The notes beneath the pieces were generated by a model. It saw only the letters and a list, made by a program, of their open reading frames with translations. It searched no databases and was not told where the DNA came from. DNA of 64,000 nt, taken from positions 138,322,001 through 138,386,000 of the forward strand of contig NC_042999.1 in assembly GCF_006345805.1 (NCBI RefSeq), in the 5' to 3' direction. Origin of the DNA: Octopus sinensis. Its lineage: Eukaryota. Both the position numbers and the translations under genes were made by a program. Shown here in pieces: positions 26,514-38,241 of the stretch. The stretch's first letter is position 1; each line of letters starts with the position of its first letter.

Positions 26514-27021
26514 GTGTGTGTGTGTGTACACACACACACACATATATGGGTACGCTAGGTTATTTGTTTCGTGAAGATATAAAGGTCAGTTTAGGCCAAT
26601 TCGTATGTGTAATTGTTTTTGTTCTATACCGATTGCAGATTGCACGATTGTTTATAACATTATTTTATTCATTTACTTATTTTTGTATATCTTTTCTTTC
26701 TCATTCATTGTAAGTCACTTTATTGCTTATATAAGAAGAGTTGTACATTATATCTCAGTTCCTCACGGAGACGAATAGCACATTACAACTACCAAAATGT
26801 ATTCTACTAGAAACGGAGATTTAAAAATAAACGAGATACCTTTTGATAAGTCACCTGATGAAGCACGTCCACACCTACGATGCATCACAACTGTTTGTAA
26901 AGCAACACAGCCACGAGGCACCGTTGTATGATGGATGGGTCGAAACGACTGTAGTAAATAATAAAGACTCGCACGAATTCTATTTTCTTTCTCGTGTTAT
27001 TATATCGTATATCGTTATCTC

Positions 27022-27380
27022 TCTTTTACTCTTTACTTGTTTCAGTCATTTGACTGCGGTCATGCTGGAGCACCGCCTTTAGTCGAGCAAATCGACCCCG
27101 GGACTTATTCTTTGGAAGCCTAGTACTTATTCTATCGGTCTTTTTTGGCGAACCGCTAAGTGACGGGGACGTAAACACACCACCATCGGTTGTCAAACAA
27201 TGCTAGGGGGACAAATACAGACACACAAACACACACACACACATACATATATATACACATATATACGACAGGCTTCTTTCAGTTTCCGTCGGCCCGGGGC
27301 TATAGCAGAAGACACTTGCCCAAGATGCCACGCAGTGGGACTGAACCCGGAACCATGTGGTTGGTTAGCAAGCTACTTAC
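27022..27380 (-). mobile_element. SINE family B (with internal deletion in the head)
   Basis: Reverse complement of tail, microsatellite and head. Confidence 0.85.
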
Positions 27381-27496
27381 CACATCTATCTTTTACTTGT
27401 TTCTCTCATTTCAATGCGGCCATATCTTGAAGGGATTTAGTCAAAGAAATATACCCAGGTTCTTACTTTTTTAAAGCCTGGTTCTTATTCTATCAT

Positions 27497-27549
<53 letters not shown>

Positions 27550-27741
27550 ACTTACACGCATACTCTCTCATATACACTCACATAAATCATAATTATCATT
27601 CCATTTCAATAAATCTTTAATTTTGCTTCTGCTCTATATAAATGTCATCATAAAGGTATATCCAACGTTTTTCAGGATTTCAATTTGCACTGTAACTTTC
27701 AGAACCAACTCAGCGTGTAAGCCAAGGGGCAATTATTTGTG

Positions 27742-27783
<42 letters not shown>

Positions 27784-27997
27784 GTATATTTCACATATAC
27801 TCACATACACACGTAGCACACACACACCACATATATGCATATATTTATATATATACATACATATATATATATACATGATTATATATATATCTCTCTCTCT
27901 CTTTCTATATAATATATATATATATATACATATATATGTATATAGATATATATTTATACATATATTTATATATATCTATATATTTACATATACATAT

Positions 27998-28060
27998 GGT
28001 GGTGCTATTAAGTTAGACATGGCCTGGGCAATAATGGCCGAAACCTATCAAAGTATCAAA

Positions 28061-28063
<3 letters not shown>
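27998..28063 (+). mobile_element. 66-bp 3' tip of the CR1-like LINE seen at 63329-64000
   Basis: ggtggtgctattaagttagacatggcctgggcaataatggccgaaacc matches the reverse complement of 63350-63400; ends in (TCAAAGTA)2 followed by (TA)n. Confidence 0.8.
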
Positions 28064-28139
<76 letters not shown>

Positions 28140-28319
28140 TACATTATAAAAGGGCTTAGTAAATAAATTACTTTGCCGCATACTGAACTCATTAGAAATA
28201 GCAGCTAAAAAACTTTTTAAAGCTATTTCTAATACTTAAAGAAAATCTCTCTCATATATAGTGTTTGTTTAATTCAACTCACAAAGTTTGGGGGTAAGGA
28301 CATCGAAAAATCAAATGCT

Positions 28320-28390
28320 AAGGTTATTTGAGAACGTACGTTTCAAGATTAGTCAAAACAACACTTCTATCATCAGCTCAGAAATTCCTT
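28320..28390 (-). ncRNA. Type I hammerhead-like motif (family H2), inverted-arm copy
   Basis: Reverse complement of the motif at 28951-29021. Confidence 0.6.
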
Positions 28391-28950
28391 GGTTTGGATT
28401 TGGAAACACTGAAAATAAAGACATACCCTTTCGAAGATCCGCTCGTAACTAACAGTGCCAACAAATTCAAATAAGCAAGCGAAGAATCTCTGTTCTCCCC
28501 TTTCCACCAGCGTGGGTTAAAATCATCAAACACTATGCTTATTTCGGTAAAATCGAAGCATTAATCAGAGGGAGATTAATTATAATTTCAACATTGAGGG
28601 CAAAATTAATTATTAATCAATTTCACCAAGTGTTTATTTTACTAAGCCCTTTTATATAATGTAATAATTTGAATTCGCCTTGAATGGTCCCTTTGCATAC
28701 TGAACACTTGGTAAATTGATTAATAATTAATTAATTTTGCCCTCAATTGTTGAAATTATAATAATCTCCCTCTGATTAATGCTTCGGATTTTACCGAAAT
28801 AAGCATAGTGTTTGATGATTTTAACCCACGCTGGTGGAAAGGGGAGAACAGAGATTCTTCGCTTGCTTATTTGAATTTGTTGGCACTGTTAGTTACGAGC
28901 GGATCTTCGAAAGGGTATGTTCTTATTTTCAGTGTTTCCAAATCCAAACC

Positions 28951-29021
28951 AAGGAATTTCTGAGCTGATGATAGAAGTGTTGTTTTGACTAATCTTGAAA
29001 CGTACGTTCTCAAATAACCTT
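28951..29021 (+). ncRNA. Type I hammerhead-like motif (family H2)
   Basis: AAGGAATTTCTGAG-CTGATGA(28965-28971)-TAGAAGT...ACTAATCTT-GAAA(28997-29000)-CGTACG-TT-CTCAAATAACCTT. Palindromic helix III ACGTACGT; helix I TGAG/CTCA plus AAGG/CCTT; non-canonical U.U at the base of helix II. Confidence 0.6.
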
Positions 29022-29296
29022 AGCATTTGATTTTTCGATGTCCTTACCCCCAAACTTTTGTGAGTTGAATTAAACAAACACTATATATGAGAGAGATTTT
29101 CTTTAAGTATTAGAAATAGCTTTAAAAAAGTTTTTTAGCTGCTATTTCTAATGAGTTCAGTATGCGGCAAAGTAATTTATTTTACTAAGCCCTTTTATAT
29201 AATGTAATAATTTGAATTCGCCTTGAATGGTCCCTTTGCATACTGAACACTTGGTGAAATTGATTAATAATTAATTAATTTTGCCCTCAATTGTTG

Positions 29297-29337
<41 letters not shown>

Positions 29338-29454
29338 CAAATACATAATACAAATAATATTATATAATATATATATATATATATATAATATATATATACA
29401 AACATATATATATACAAATACATATATACAAATATATATATATATAATATATAT

Positions 29455-29502
<48 letters not shown>

Positions 29503-29631
29503 TATGTGTGTGTGTATGTATGTATGTATATATATATATCTCCTTCTTCCATTTTCCTGAGCGCCTAATAATAATAATACTGTAATTGTTCCACGTGTTG
29601 TTGTTTGTTTTCTGTTTTCCCGTTTGGATTA

Positions 29632-29679
<48 letters not shown>

Positions 29680-30249
29680 TTGTCTACATTTTGATGTTCC
29701 CACGCACGTAAATAAACTTTAGGGTCATACGTGTTATATGAAGTGCAAATAAATTATAAATACTCAAGTTCTCCTTTCGATATCATTCAATGTCCATCCT
29801 AGGTGTTTCTGCTGTGTTTGAATCGGTGAAGTAGCAGATAGGCGAAGAAATCAGGAAACGAACTGCCTCACCTTCCCCAGTAAATGATAAAAAGCATGTC
29901 AGTGTTTTTAATATCCCTATTCCTTTATGCCCGTTTTTTGCTTGTTTTTATTAAGTAAATTCCGTTACTGCTGTTGAGTTATCATTTCGTAATACGCTGG
30001 ATTTCTGCATCGTAAGTTACGGAGTTCATTCAGTGCAGAATATTCGACAGCACGAACAGGAAAAGCAAATTGTTCAGTGAAAATCTATTCTTCCTATATG
30101 ACGATGGGAGTGGATTATATGATGACTATGATGTAGGACATGATAAGGTAGGGTGTTGTTATTTGGCACCCTTCAGGCTAATACAGAAGTGATCTTTATT
30201 ATAATCGAACCATTCCTCCATCCTCACCAAAAATATGCTAATGTTAGAA

Positions 30250-30339
30250 ATTTTCTTCTTCTTCTTCTTCTTCTTCTTCTTCTTCTTCTTCTTCTTCTTC
30301 TTCTCTTCTTCTTTTCTCTTCTTCTTCTTCTTCTTCTTC

Positions 30340-30388
<49 letters not shown>

Positions 30389-30620
30389 CATCATCATTAT
30401 TATTACTATTAATATTATCAAAGGCAGCGAGCTGGCAAAATCGTTAACGCGCCGGGCAAAATGCTTCGCGGTATTTCGCCCGTCGTTACGTTCCTAATTC
30501 CGGTGAGGGCGACTTTGCCTTTCATCCTTTTGGGATCGATAAAATAAGTACCAGTTGAACACTGGGGTTGGTATAATCGAATCATTCCCTCCACCAAAAT
30601 GGCAGCCCTCGTGACAAAAT

Positions 30621-30699
<79 letters not shown>

Positions 30700-30839
30700 T
30701 TATTATTATTATTATTTCTTCTTTCTTCAAATTTTCTTCCGTTTCTCGCCGAGTGTTTTCCGCACACCTAGGTAGAGAAGCTCATTGCCCCAGGTGTACG
30801 GCAATTATTATTATTATATTATTATTATTATTATTATTA

Positions 30840-30874
<35 letters not shown>

Positions 30875-31106
30875 CATCATCATTATTATTACTATTAATA
30901 TTATCAAAGGCAGCGAGCTGGCAAAATCGTTAACGCGCCGGGCAAAATGCTTCGCGGTATTTCGCCCGTCGTTACGTTCCTAATTCCGGTGAGGGCGACT
31001 TTGCCTTTCATCCTTTTGGGATCGATAAAATAAGTACCAGTTGAACACTGGGGTTGGTATAATCGAATCATTCCCTCCACCAAAATGGCAGCCCTCGTGA
31101 CAAAAT

Positions 31107-31183
<77 letters not shown>

Positions 31184-31310
31184 TTATTATTATTATTATT
31201 TCTTCTTTCTTCAAATTTTCTTCCGTTTCTCGCCGAGTGTTTTCCGCACACCTAGGGTAGAGAAGCTCATTGCCCCAGGTGTACGGCAATTATTATTATT
31301 ATTATTATTA

Positions 31311-31345
<35 letters not shown>
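30250..31345 (+). repeat. ~485-bp tandem duplication ((ATT)n - SINE A - (CTA)n - unique) preceded by (CTT)n
   Basis: aaggcagcgagctggc at 30421 and 30907; units differ almost only in microsatellite length. Confidence 0.9.
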
Positions 31346-31355
<10 letters not shown>

Positions 31356-31364
31356 CATCATCAT

Positions 31365-31580
31365 CAAAGCTGACGAATTGGCAGAATCGTTAGCACGCCA
31401 GACAAAATGCTTAGCAGAATTTCTCCCTCTTTATATTCTTAGCTAAAATTCTGCCGAAGTCGATTTTGCCTTACGTCCTTTCGGTGTCGATAAAGTAAGT
31501 ACTAGTTCAACGATGATGTCGATGTAATCGACTTGCCTCCTCTCCCAAATTTCAAGCCTTGTGCCTATCTTAGAAAGGAT
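31365..31580 (+). mobile_element. SINE family A, diverged
   Basis: gctgacgaattggcagaatcgttagcacgcc... body. Confidence 0.75.
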
Positions 31581-31779
31581 TATTATTGTTGCTGTTGTTG
31601 GTGGTGATGGTGGTAGTTTTATTGTTTTGTGTTGGACGTGCTTCACCTTGGCTCGTTAAAAAGGTGAGTTGCTTTTGTTGGAAATATTTTGTTTAGTTTA
31701 AATGTTTTCTGGACACTGTTATATAAAGACTCCTACATCACGGTAAAGAAGGGGACAATAATTGTGGCTTCTGAGGGTT

Positions 31780-32590
31780 GCTTCTCTTACAGAAAAAAAT
31801 CATAATTTCACTTCATTTCACTTCATAGCTGATCAGAATGGGATGTTTGCTCTTTCGATTTCTGTGGGGAGGACGTGTTCTACTGGTCAGGCGATCCATT
31901 TGTGGTTAATATCTGCTGTACAGAGGACTAGGCATTCTGTCGTTGATGAAGCGTAGACATGGGATGAGGATACATCTTCAGTGTTTTCTTGAAGGTGAGT
32001 AAGTATTGTCGCCCTTTGTTAGACATGCTTTTACGCAGATCGTATCTTTCAACCGCAGCCCAAAATCAAAACCGAGAAAGAGCGCCTGATACACAGAGTG
32101 CCGTTAGGCGCTCACAACCTTCTGCAAATCTAGCAATGCTATCAGTAAAAGTTCGACCATGGTATTCTAGAGAAAATTAGAGCGCTGAAGTTATCGGGGA
32201 AACTCTGGTCATCGATGAAAATCAACTGCTTAGACTGCTCCAGATGACTTTCCGGCTAGAATCCATGGATAATTTCCAGAAGTCTCTGGCTTGGCTGTGG
32301 TATCAGGATAGAGGCATATCGATTCGGTACAAACTCCACAGATATGGTTATGGCGCCAGCCGTGGCTGCTTGAAATGAGCACAGAGCGATGAAACTGCCT
32401 TGCACACAGTCACACACCGCTTGATCATTGCTGACTTGAATTATGTCGAACAGTTTTTAGCACGTGTAAGACAGATCCGACTATCAGCCGACTCCATCTT
32501 GGAAGTCGTCCCGCTTCTTTCCTTTGGCCGGAAAGGCAGGCAGTTTTTCTCCGTCTAGTGGTTTTGGCGAAAGTGGTTGTGTAGTGGACT
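31780..32590 (+). pseudogene. Decayed Tx1/L1-type LINE ORF2 C-terminal region
   Basis: Translation LIRMGCLLFRFLWGGRVLLVRRSICG*...GLG..LMKRRHGMR, then MDNFQKSLAW..., DETALH..., YVEQFLARVRQIRLSADSI. Same family as the ORF at 56076-56522. Confidence 0.75.
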
Positions 32591-33050
32591 GAAGACACAC
32601 ACACACTTTCTTTTCAGCCAAGCCCTTATTGACTTTAAAATTACTATTATAAAACTATTACTTAAACGCGTATGTTTAGAGTTCTTTTCTTGTACATGTA
32701 CACACATACTAGAGCACACACACAAGCACACATGCATACACACATATACATCTCACGCATGTGTTTAAGTGTGCGTGTACGTACATATGTGTGCATGTAC
32801 GCACACAAGTGTGCATGTACCTATGGTTTTCTTTGAGATATAAATTGCTCTCCTAAACATTGAAGCTACTCACTGATATTGTCATCTTCTTTTCATTGCT
32901 ATATGTGACGTATGCATGTTACTGTTTGCTTCTTCCATCTATTCGTCTAACACAGATCCTGACTGTGTCATTGTTGGTGTGTAGATGTTACTACTAGTGC
33001 TTAAAATCTTCCTAATCTTGACATTCATGTTTCAGATCTCTAAAAATGCC

Positions 33051-33231
33051 CAGGCGTAGGAGTGGCTGTGTGGTAAGTAGCTTGCTTACGAACCACATGG
33101 TTCTGGGTTCAGTCCCACTGCGTGGCACCTCGGGCAAGTGTCTTCTACTATACCCTCGGGCCGACCAAAGCTTTGTGAGTGGATTTGGTAGACGGAAACT
33201 GAAAGAAGCCCGTCGTATATATGTATGTATG

Positions 33232-33266
<35 letters not shown>

Positions 33267-33614
33267 GGTAAAGACCCCCTTCGGTCATGAGTGACCATGG
33301 GTTTGCACCTAGAGAGTTACCCTCTGAGGCACAAGTCTGGGCAAGGTTGTTTTTTTTTTTTTTTATGGAAGACCAGTAGTCGCCCATGCATACCGGCCTC
33401 CCCTCTCCACGCCACCAATGTTATCCAAGGGAAAGACAAAGGTCGATACAGCTTGGCACCTGTGACGTCGCAACTCATTTCTACAGCTGAGTGAACTGGA
33501 GCAACGTGAAATAAAGTGTCTTGCTCAAGAACACAACACGCAGCCCGGTCCGGGATTCGAGCTCACAACCTCACGATCGTAAGCTCGACGCTCTAACCAC
33601 TGAGCCATGCGCCT

Positions 33615-33674
<60 letters not shown>

Positions 33675-33922
33675 TGTATGTATGTATGTATGTATGTATG
33701 TGTATGTATGTGTTTGTGTGTCTGTGTTTGTGCCACCAACATCGCTTGACAACCGATGATGGTGTGTTTACGTCCCCGTAACTTAGCGGTTCGACAAAAG
33801 AGACCGATATAATAAGTACTAGGCTTACAAAGAATAAGTCCTGGGGTCGATTTGCTCGACTAGAGGCGGTGCTCCAGCATGGCCGCAGTCAAATGACTGA
33901 AACAAGTAAAAGAGTAAAAGAG
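33051..33922 (+). mobile_element. SINE family B whose internal microsatellite contains a SINE family C insertion
   Basis: B head 33051-33225, B tail about 33710-33922. Confidence 0.9.
33263..33618 (-). mobile_element. SINE family C (tRNA-derived), full length
   Basis: Minus head gtgaaggcgcatggctcagtggttagagcgtcgagc...gctcgaatcccgg (A and B boxes); (TA)n on both sides; second copy at 42135-42476. Confidence 0.9.
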
Positions 33923-34619
33923 TCTAGTTCTCCAAATGTTGGTACAAGCGTGAGGGACTTGTACTTAAAAATGTTGTGGGATATACTCTTTTTGAATGCG
34001 GGTTGGTCTAACTTCCATATTTTCCAAAAACTACTGAAATATTCTTTATCATTCTGGTTTAACTCTCAGCACTAATGTATTTAACATTTCATTGGGAGAT
34101 ACCAGTATTTGTCATCGGAAATTGATTGATTGTTGAAGTATCATACATTATTTTTAGCGGCGTCGATGCATTCTATTTCTAGTGGTATGCTTTCGTATGA
34201 CTGTCAAGCCAATTATTCCAGAGGATATCCTCAAACATAGTTTGGGTATATCTGTCACGTTGGTATGACATAGATATTTTCTGCCTTACTTGGGGGGTTG
34301 GAGATATCCTTATTTCTCTTAAATGATGAAAATGTCTTTCTGGTTGGGATATTATGTATTTATGCATGCTCGTAGGGAAGGCAGTGTTTCTGAAGAGATC
34401 TAACTTCTAGTAGATATAACAAATATCAATCCAAGCCCTTTATGGCTTGTCCAAATTGTGGTGGTAAATAGACCAGCAGTGGCTTAAAAATCGTTAAATA
34501 TATCTAAACCAATGAGTTCTTATCAATACGCTTAAACCTATATCTAATAGCCGGACCCAAACGTAGTGCTTCTCGAATGTGTTCTGTTTCGTAAATCAGC
34601 ATGAATTTGTAAACCACTT

Positions 34620-35275
34620 TACAAATTCGACCTCGGTGGAATTTGAACTCAGAACGTAACGTCAGACGAAATACGACTACGCATTTCGCCCGGCGTGCTA
34701 ACGTTTCTGCGTGCTTACGGTCTGTCTTCAAATCCCTCAAATCCCGCCAAAGCCAACTTTGCCTTTCCTCCCTCTAGGGTCAATGAAAATAAAGTACCAG
34801 CCAAGTGCTAGAGTCGATGGTATCCACTCCACCTGAAACAGTTACTATATGTCTAAGACTACATTAGTCCAACATCTTCCCATTTCTTCCCATAACTTAA
34901 AGATCCACTGAATATTTTTATTTTGCCCAATACATATTTTATCTGTCATGTGTTTATCTATTTTCACTAAAGGCTCAAAAATTGTGTATTAGATATTTCA
35001 AATAACATGTTAAATAGGTTTCAATTATTGTGAACATGAATTCTAGTCGAACTTCAAGTTTAGCCTTTCGGTTTGTTTCTTCGCCACATCTTCATATAAT
35101 CCGGGTTCATAAACTAAACAAAAATCAAACACTAGAGACAACCTAATTATCTGTCATTCCAGTCCAATCCTTTCCTCTTCTATGTGTCACCTCCTACCGA
35201 AGTTACAAATCATTATTACTGACAGGTTATTGAGTGCAAGATATCATAAAAAGCCGAATTAGATATATTTCATCA
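34620..35275 (-). repeat. Copy 2 of the ~650-bp inverted duplication
   Basis: Reverse complement of 25222-25880. Confidence 0.9.
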
Positions 35276-35562
35276 ACAGTTAGAACGGAAAATTTAAAGG
35301 GGATATTGCAAGACACATACTGAGGGCGATCTAATCGACTGGCCGCCTCCCAAAAAATTTCGGGCCTTGTGCCTAGAGTAGAAAAGAATATTTCTGCTTA
35401 AAAATGTTAGCACGCCGGGTGTCAGAAATGTTAGAGAAGAGGATGAAATGTGTAGTGCTGTTTAGGAACAACATTCTACATATTAGTTTAAATCCTAACA
35501 TTTTGCTTTCTGCTTACAGGGTAAATAACTATCAGTCCAAATTCTCGTATCAGTTTAATTAA

Positions 35563-35785
35563 TAAGGCGGCGAGCTGGCAGAAACGTTAGCACGCCGGGC
35601 GAAATGCTTAGTGGTATATCGTGTGTCTTTACTTTCTGAGTTCAAATTCCGCCGAGATCAACTTTGCCTTTCATCCTTTTGGGGTCTATAAATTAAGTAG
35701 CAATTGCGTACTGGAGTCGATCTAATCGAATGGCCCCTCCCCCAAAATTTCGGACCTTGTGCTTAGAGTAGAAAAGAATATTTCT
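35563..35785 (+). mobile_element. SINE family A
   Basis: Near-consensus copy. Confidence 0.85.
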
Positions 35786-36639
35786 GCTTAATACACCAAT
35801 GAGGAAGTTGCTATGCGGTTCCCCGAACTACTAGAAATAGCAGTCAAATCGTTTCCAAGTTTCACCGTATCCACTTAAAGAAAGGAAGGAAACTGTATGA
35901 TATATTGTGTGGCTTAGGAATAGGATGTTGGATTCATGATCGTAAGGTCGTTGGTTCAATTTCCAGCTCGGATGGTATGTTGTGTCCTTAAACAGTGCAC
36001 TTTATTTCATGTGGTTCAAGTCTCTTCCGCTGAAAATGAGTGTCAGCATCTGTTGAATTAGCATCCCTTTTGAAATGGAGAAAATCTTGTAGTCAGTCGC
36101 TTAACAACTCAAAAATTCGGATGCACTTCGATCTAGTGAGACAGTTGCATCAAGATAAAGTCTTCCTTTGAAGACAACAAATCAATACTGAATAATAGAT
36201 TGGAATGCCAGCACGATCAGGACTAATAAAAAATTAAGCTACAACAGAATTTATTTATTCTTACAGTAGGCTTTCTTTCAGGATTAAATCTTCATCTCCT
36301 AATTGTCGCATCTTGGTAGTGTTACTCAAGTTATTTCCGAGAGCTATTTATCTCAACATTTTGAAGATCTGATAACACTACAATATATAAGATATGTTCT
36401 ACGTAATTGATGAACCTTCTTATTTTAGTCGTTAGAAGACCTACGAAAATGATGAGCTTAGCACCTTCTTCTGACAAAGTCATAAAAAGAAACGAAAATA
36501 GAAGCCTTACTGTTTTTAAAAAGCAAACCAATTGTTTAAGTCCTAAATTATTAAACAAATAACGCAGGATTTTCACGTCTAGGAACTACAGATTGAAGAC
36601 TGCACAGTGTTTGTAATTTTGGTTTTCCCTTGACTCTGC

Positions 36640-37120
36640 CAACTACCGATATTGTCTATGACCAATCGCCGTCACTTCCAAAGTTTCAACGATGATGGAA
36701 ACTACTGGAAGAAACTTTGAGTCTCTGTTCAGTGACAACTATCAGTTTCTGTAGTCTTCATTTTACAGAAAATTGCCACCCTACGTCACAGGTCTGTGGC
36801 ATCAAGCCTTTGAGAAGTGCGACCAAAGAAATGTTATTGAATAACTCTTCGTTAAAAAGTTCTCGGTCGTGTCTGTATGAGGACATCTTTCTCAGATTAG
36901 CCGACTCTCCTCCTTTGATTCTCCATTGCAACTGGTGTTAAACATCTCTGTGTACTTCAATACTTGTTTCTGTCTCCCTCACTCATCCAGATATGACCTA
37001 AAAACATCGGTCAGATATACAGTGCTTCTACAAACACTTGAAGATATTTTTGAATGGATTCTTGGAAAGCCTAGTCTCATTCAACAGCATAAATATGCAA
37101 TTGATGCACACATCAAAAGA
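36640..37120 (+). pseudogene. Ancient CR1/Jockey-type reverse transcriptase remnant
   Basis: Degenerate motifs in the expected order: NYR..PIAVTSKVSTMME; 'atcaagcctttgag' (KAFD-like); IATGVKHLCVLQYLFL (GVPQGSVL-like); HKYAIDA (YADD-like). Confidence 0.45.
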
Positions 37121-38241
37121 CAAACTATATGTCACGTTCTCTTTTCAAGTGAACGAGACAATTAAAACACACCAAAGCTGCTGTAAATACAAGCGTTCGC
37201 AGTTTTTGATCTTTTGCGACATTATTTATATAATTGCCCAAATTACATTACAAAATGGCGTTTCTCTTTAACCCCAGTATGTGCGCCGGCTGGTCAGTTG
37301 CTGAAGCTCTGCAAAGCTGAAGTGCAGCACTCATGGCAGTATTCCTTACGTATCTGAGATACGTTATCACCCATTGCATCCAATGTAGGGTCATTTGACT
37401 AATTGGCAAAGATACACTAACAGACGAAACAGTTTTAAAAACAGGCATTGCTTCTATGTGTCACTCTAACAGTGACTAGTCTTCTGAAGCAATAGGATAC
37501 TTACCCACTCCTACCGTATACTCATCTCTCTCCCTCACATCATTCGTCCTATCTCAGCACCCGATCCTGTTCTGCTCCTCTTTATTTCCCAGCATGAAAA
37601 CCAGGAGGTATTCTAACTAAACACTAGTCTAACATCTACAGAGGTCATGGTCTTTGCTACTCCTCTTTTCATTTGCTGAAAACAACACATAAAAAACCCT
37701 CATCTGATCAGTTGTCTTTGTTTCATAATTTTATTTAATCAACGCTGACCGGAATTAACAGCAGTACATATTATAAAATATACTACCATATCAACAAGAG
37801 AACAACAGCCACAATTATGATAAAAATAAGCAACAACGATATAAACAAAACGACAAATTTTAGCGGAAATAAATGTCATATCCTTGATGTCATATCTTTT
37901 AAATCACTAAACTGCGTTTTTCCTCTTAAAATTGTTTAAAAACGCTGTCGTTATATCCGAAATTTAATTGTTTTGTTTGGGATGTATTTGAATATGTCTA
38001 AAAAACACAAAACAGAATCATTGACACAGAAACTGACCTTATTTCAGACGTTTGACTTAAGGAGATACAAACCATACACTATAGTTTTTCACAGGAGGCT
38101 GTATACTCCAGGCTCTGATGGGGTGTTGGCGGGGGCCGTGGCAATTGAAGGGGTCGACAAATTGCAACATTTAATAAAATAAAAATGCGTTTTGAACTTG
38201 CCCAAAATCACAGTGGAGAAAGTGGGAGCAAAAATTTAATA

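Larger units (their letters stand above)
28141..29298. mobile_element. ORF-less hammerhead-bearing repeat: 543-bp unit in partial tandem plus a ~495-bp inverted copy (Penelope pseudo-LTR / retrozyme-like)
   Basis: 28141-28634 is the reverse complement of about 28703-29205; 28635-28757 is directly repeated at 29178-29298 (period 543); (TA)n on both sides. Confidence 0.8.

Noticed and set aside
28141-29298. Palindrome as a sequencing fold-back chimera; short internal repeats as a CRISPR array
   Set aside because: The spacer is element sequence rather than adapter and the outer flanks differ, so a simple fold-back is unlikely, though reads should still be checked. There is no repeat-spacer periodicity and the context is eukaryotic.
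31900-32250. Minus-strand RT-like words (LLDLQK...)
   Set aside because: The plus strand gives a far better, continuous match to Tx1 ORF2.
33540-33618. tRNA-like A/B boxes as possible tRNA genes (also in SINE A and B heads)
   Set aside because: They continue into conserved SINE bodies and lack a complete cloverleaf, so they are SINE heads rather than tRNA genes.
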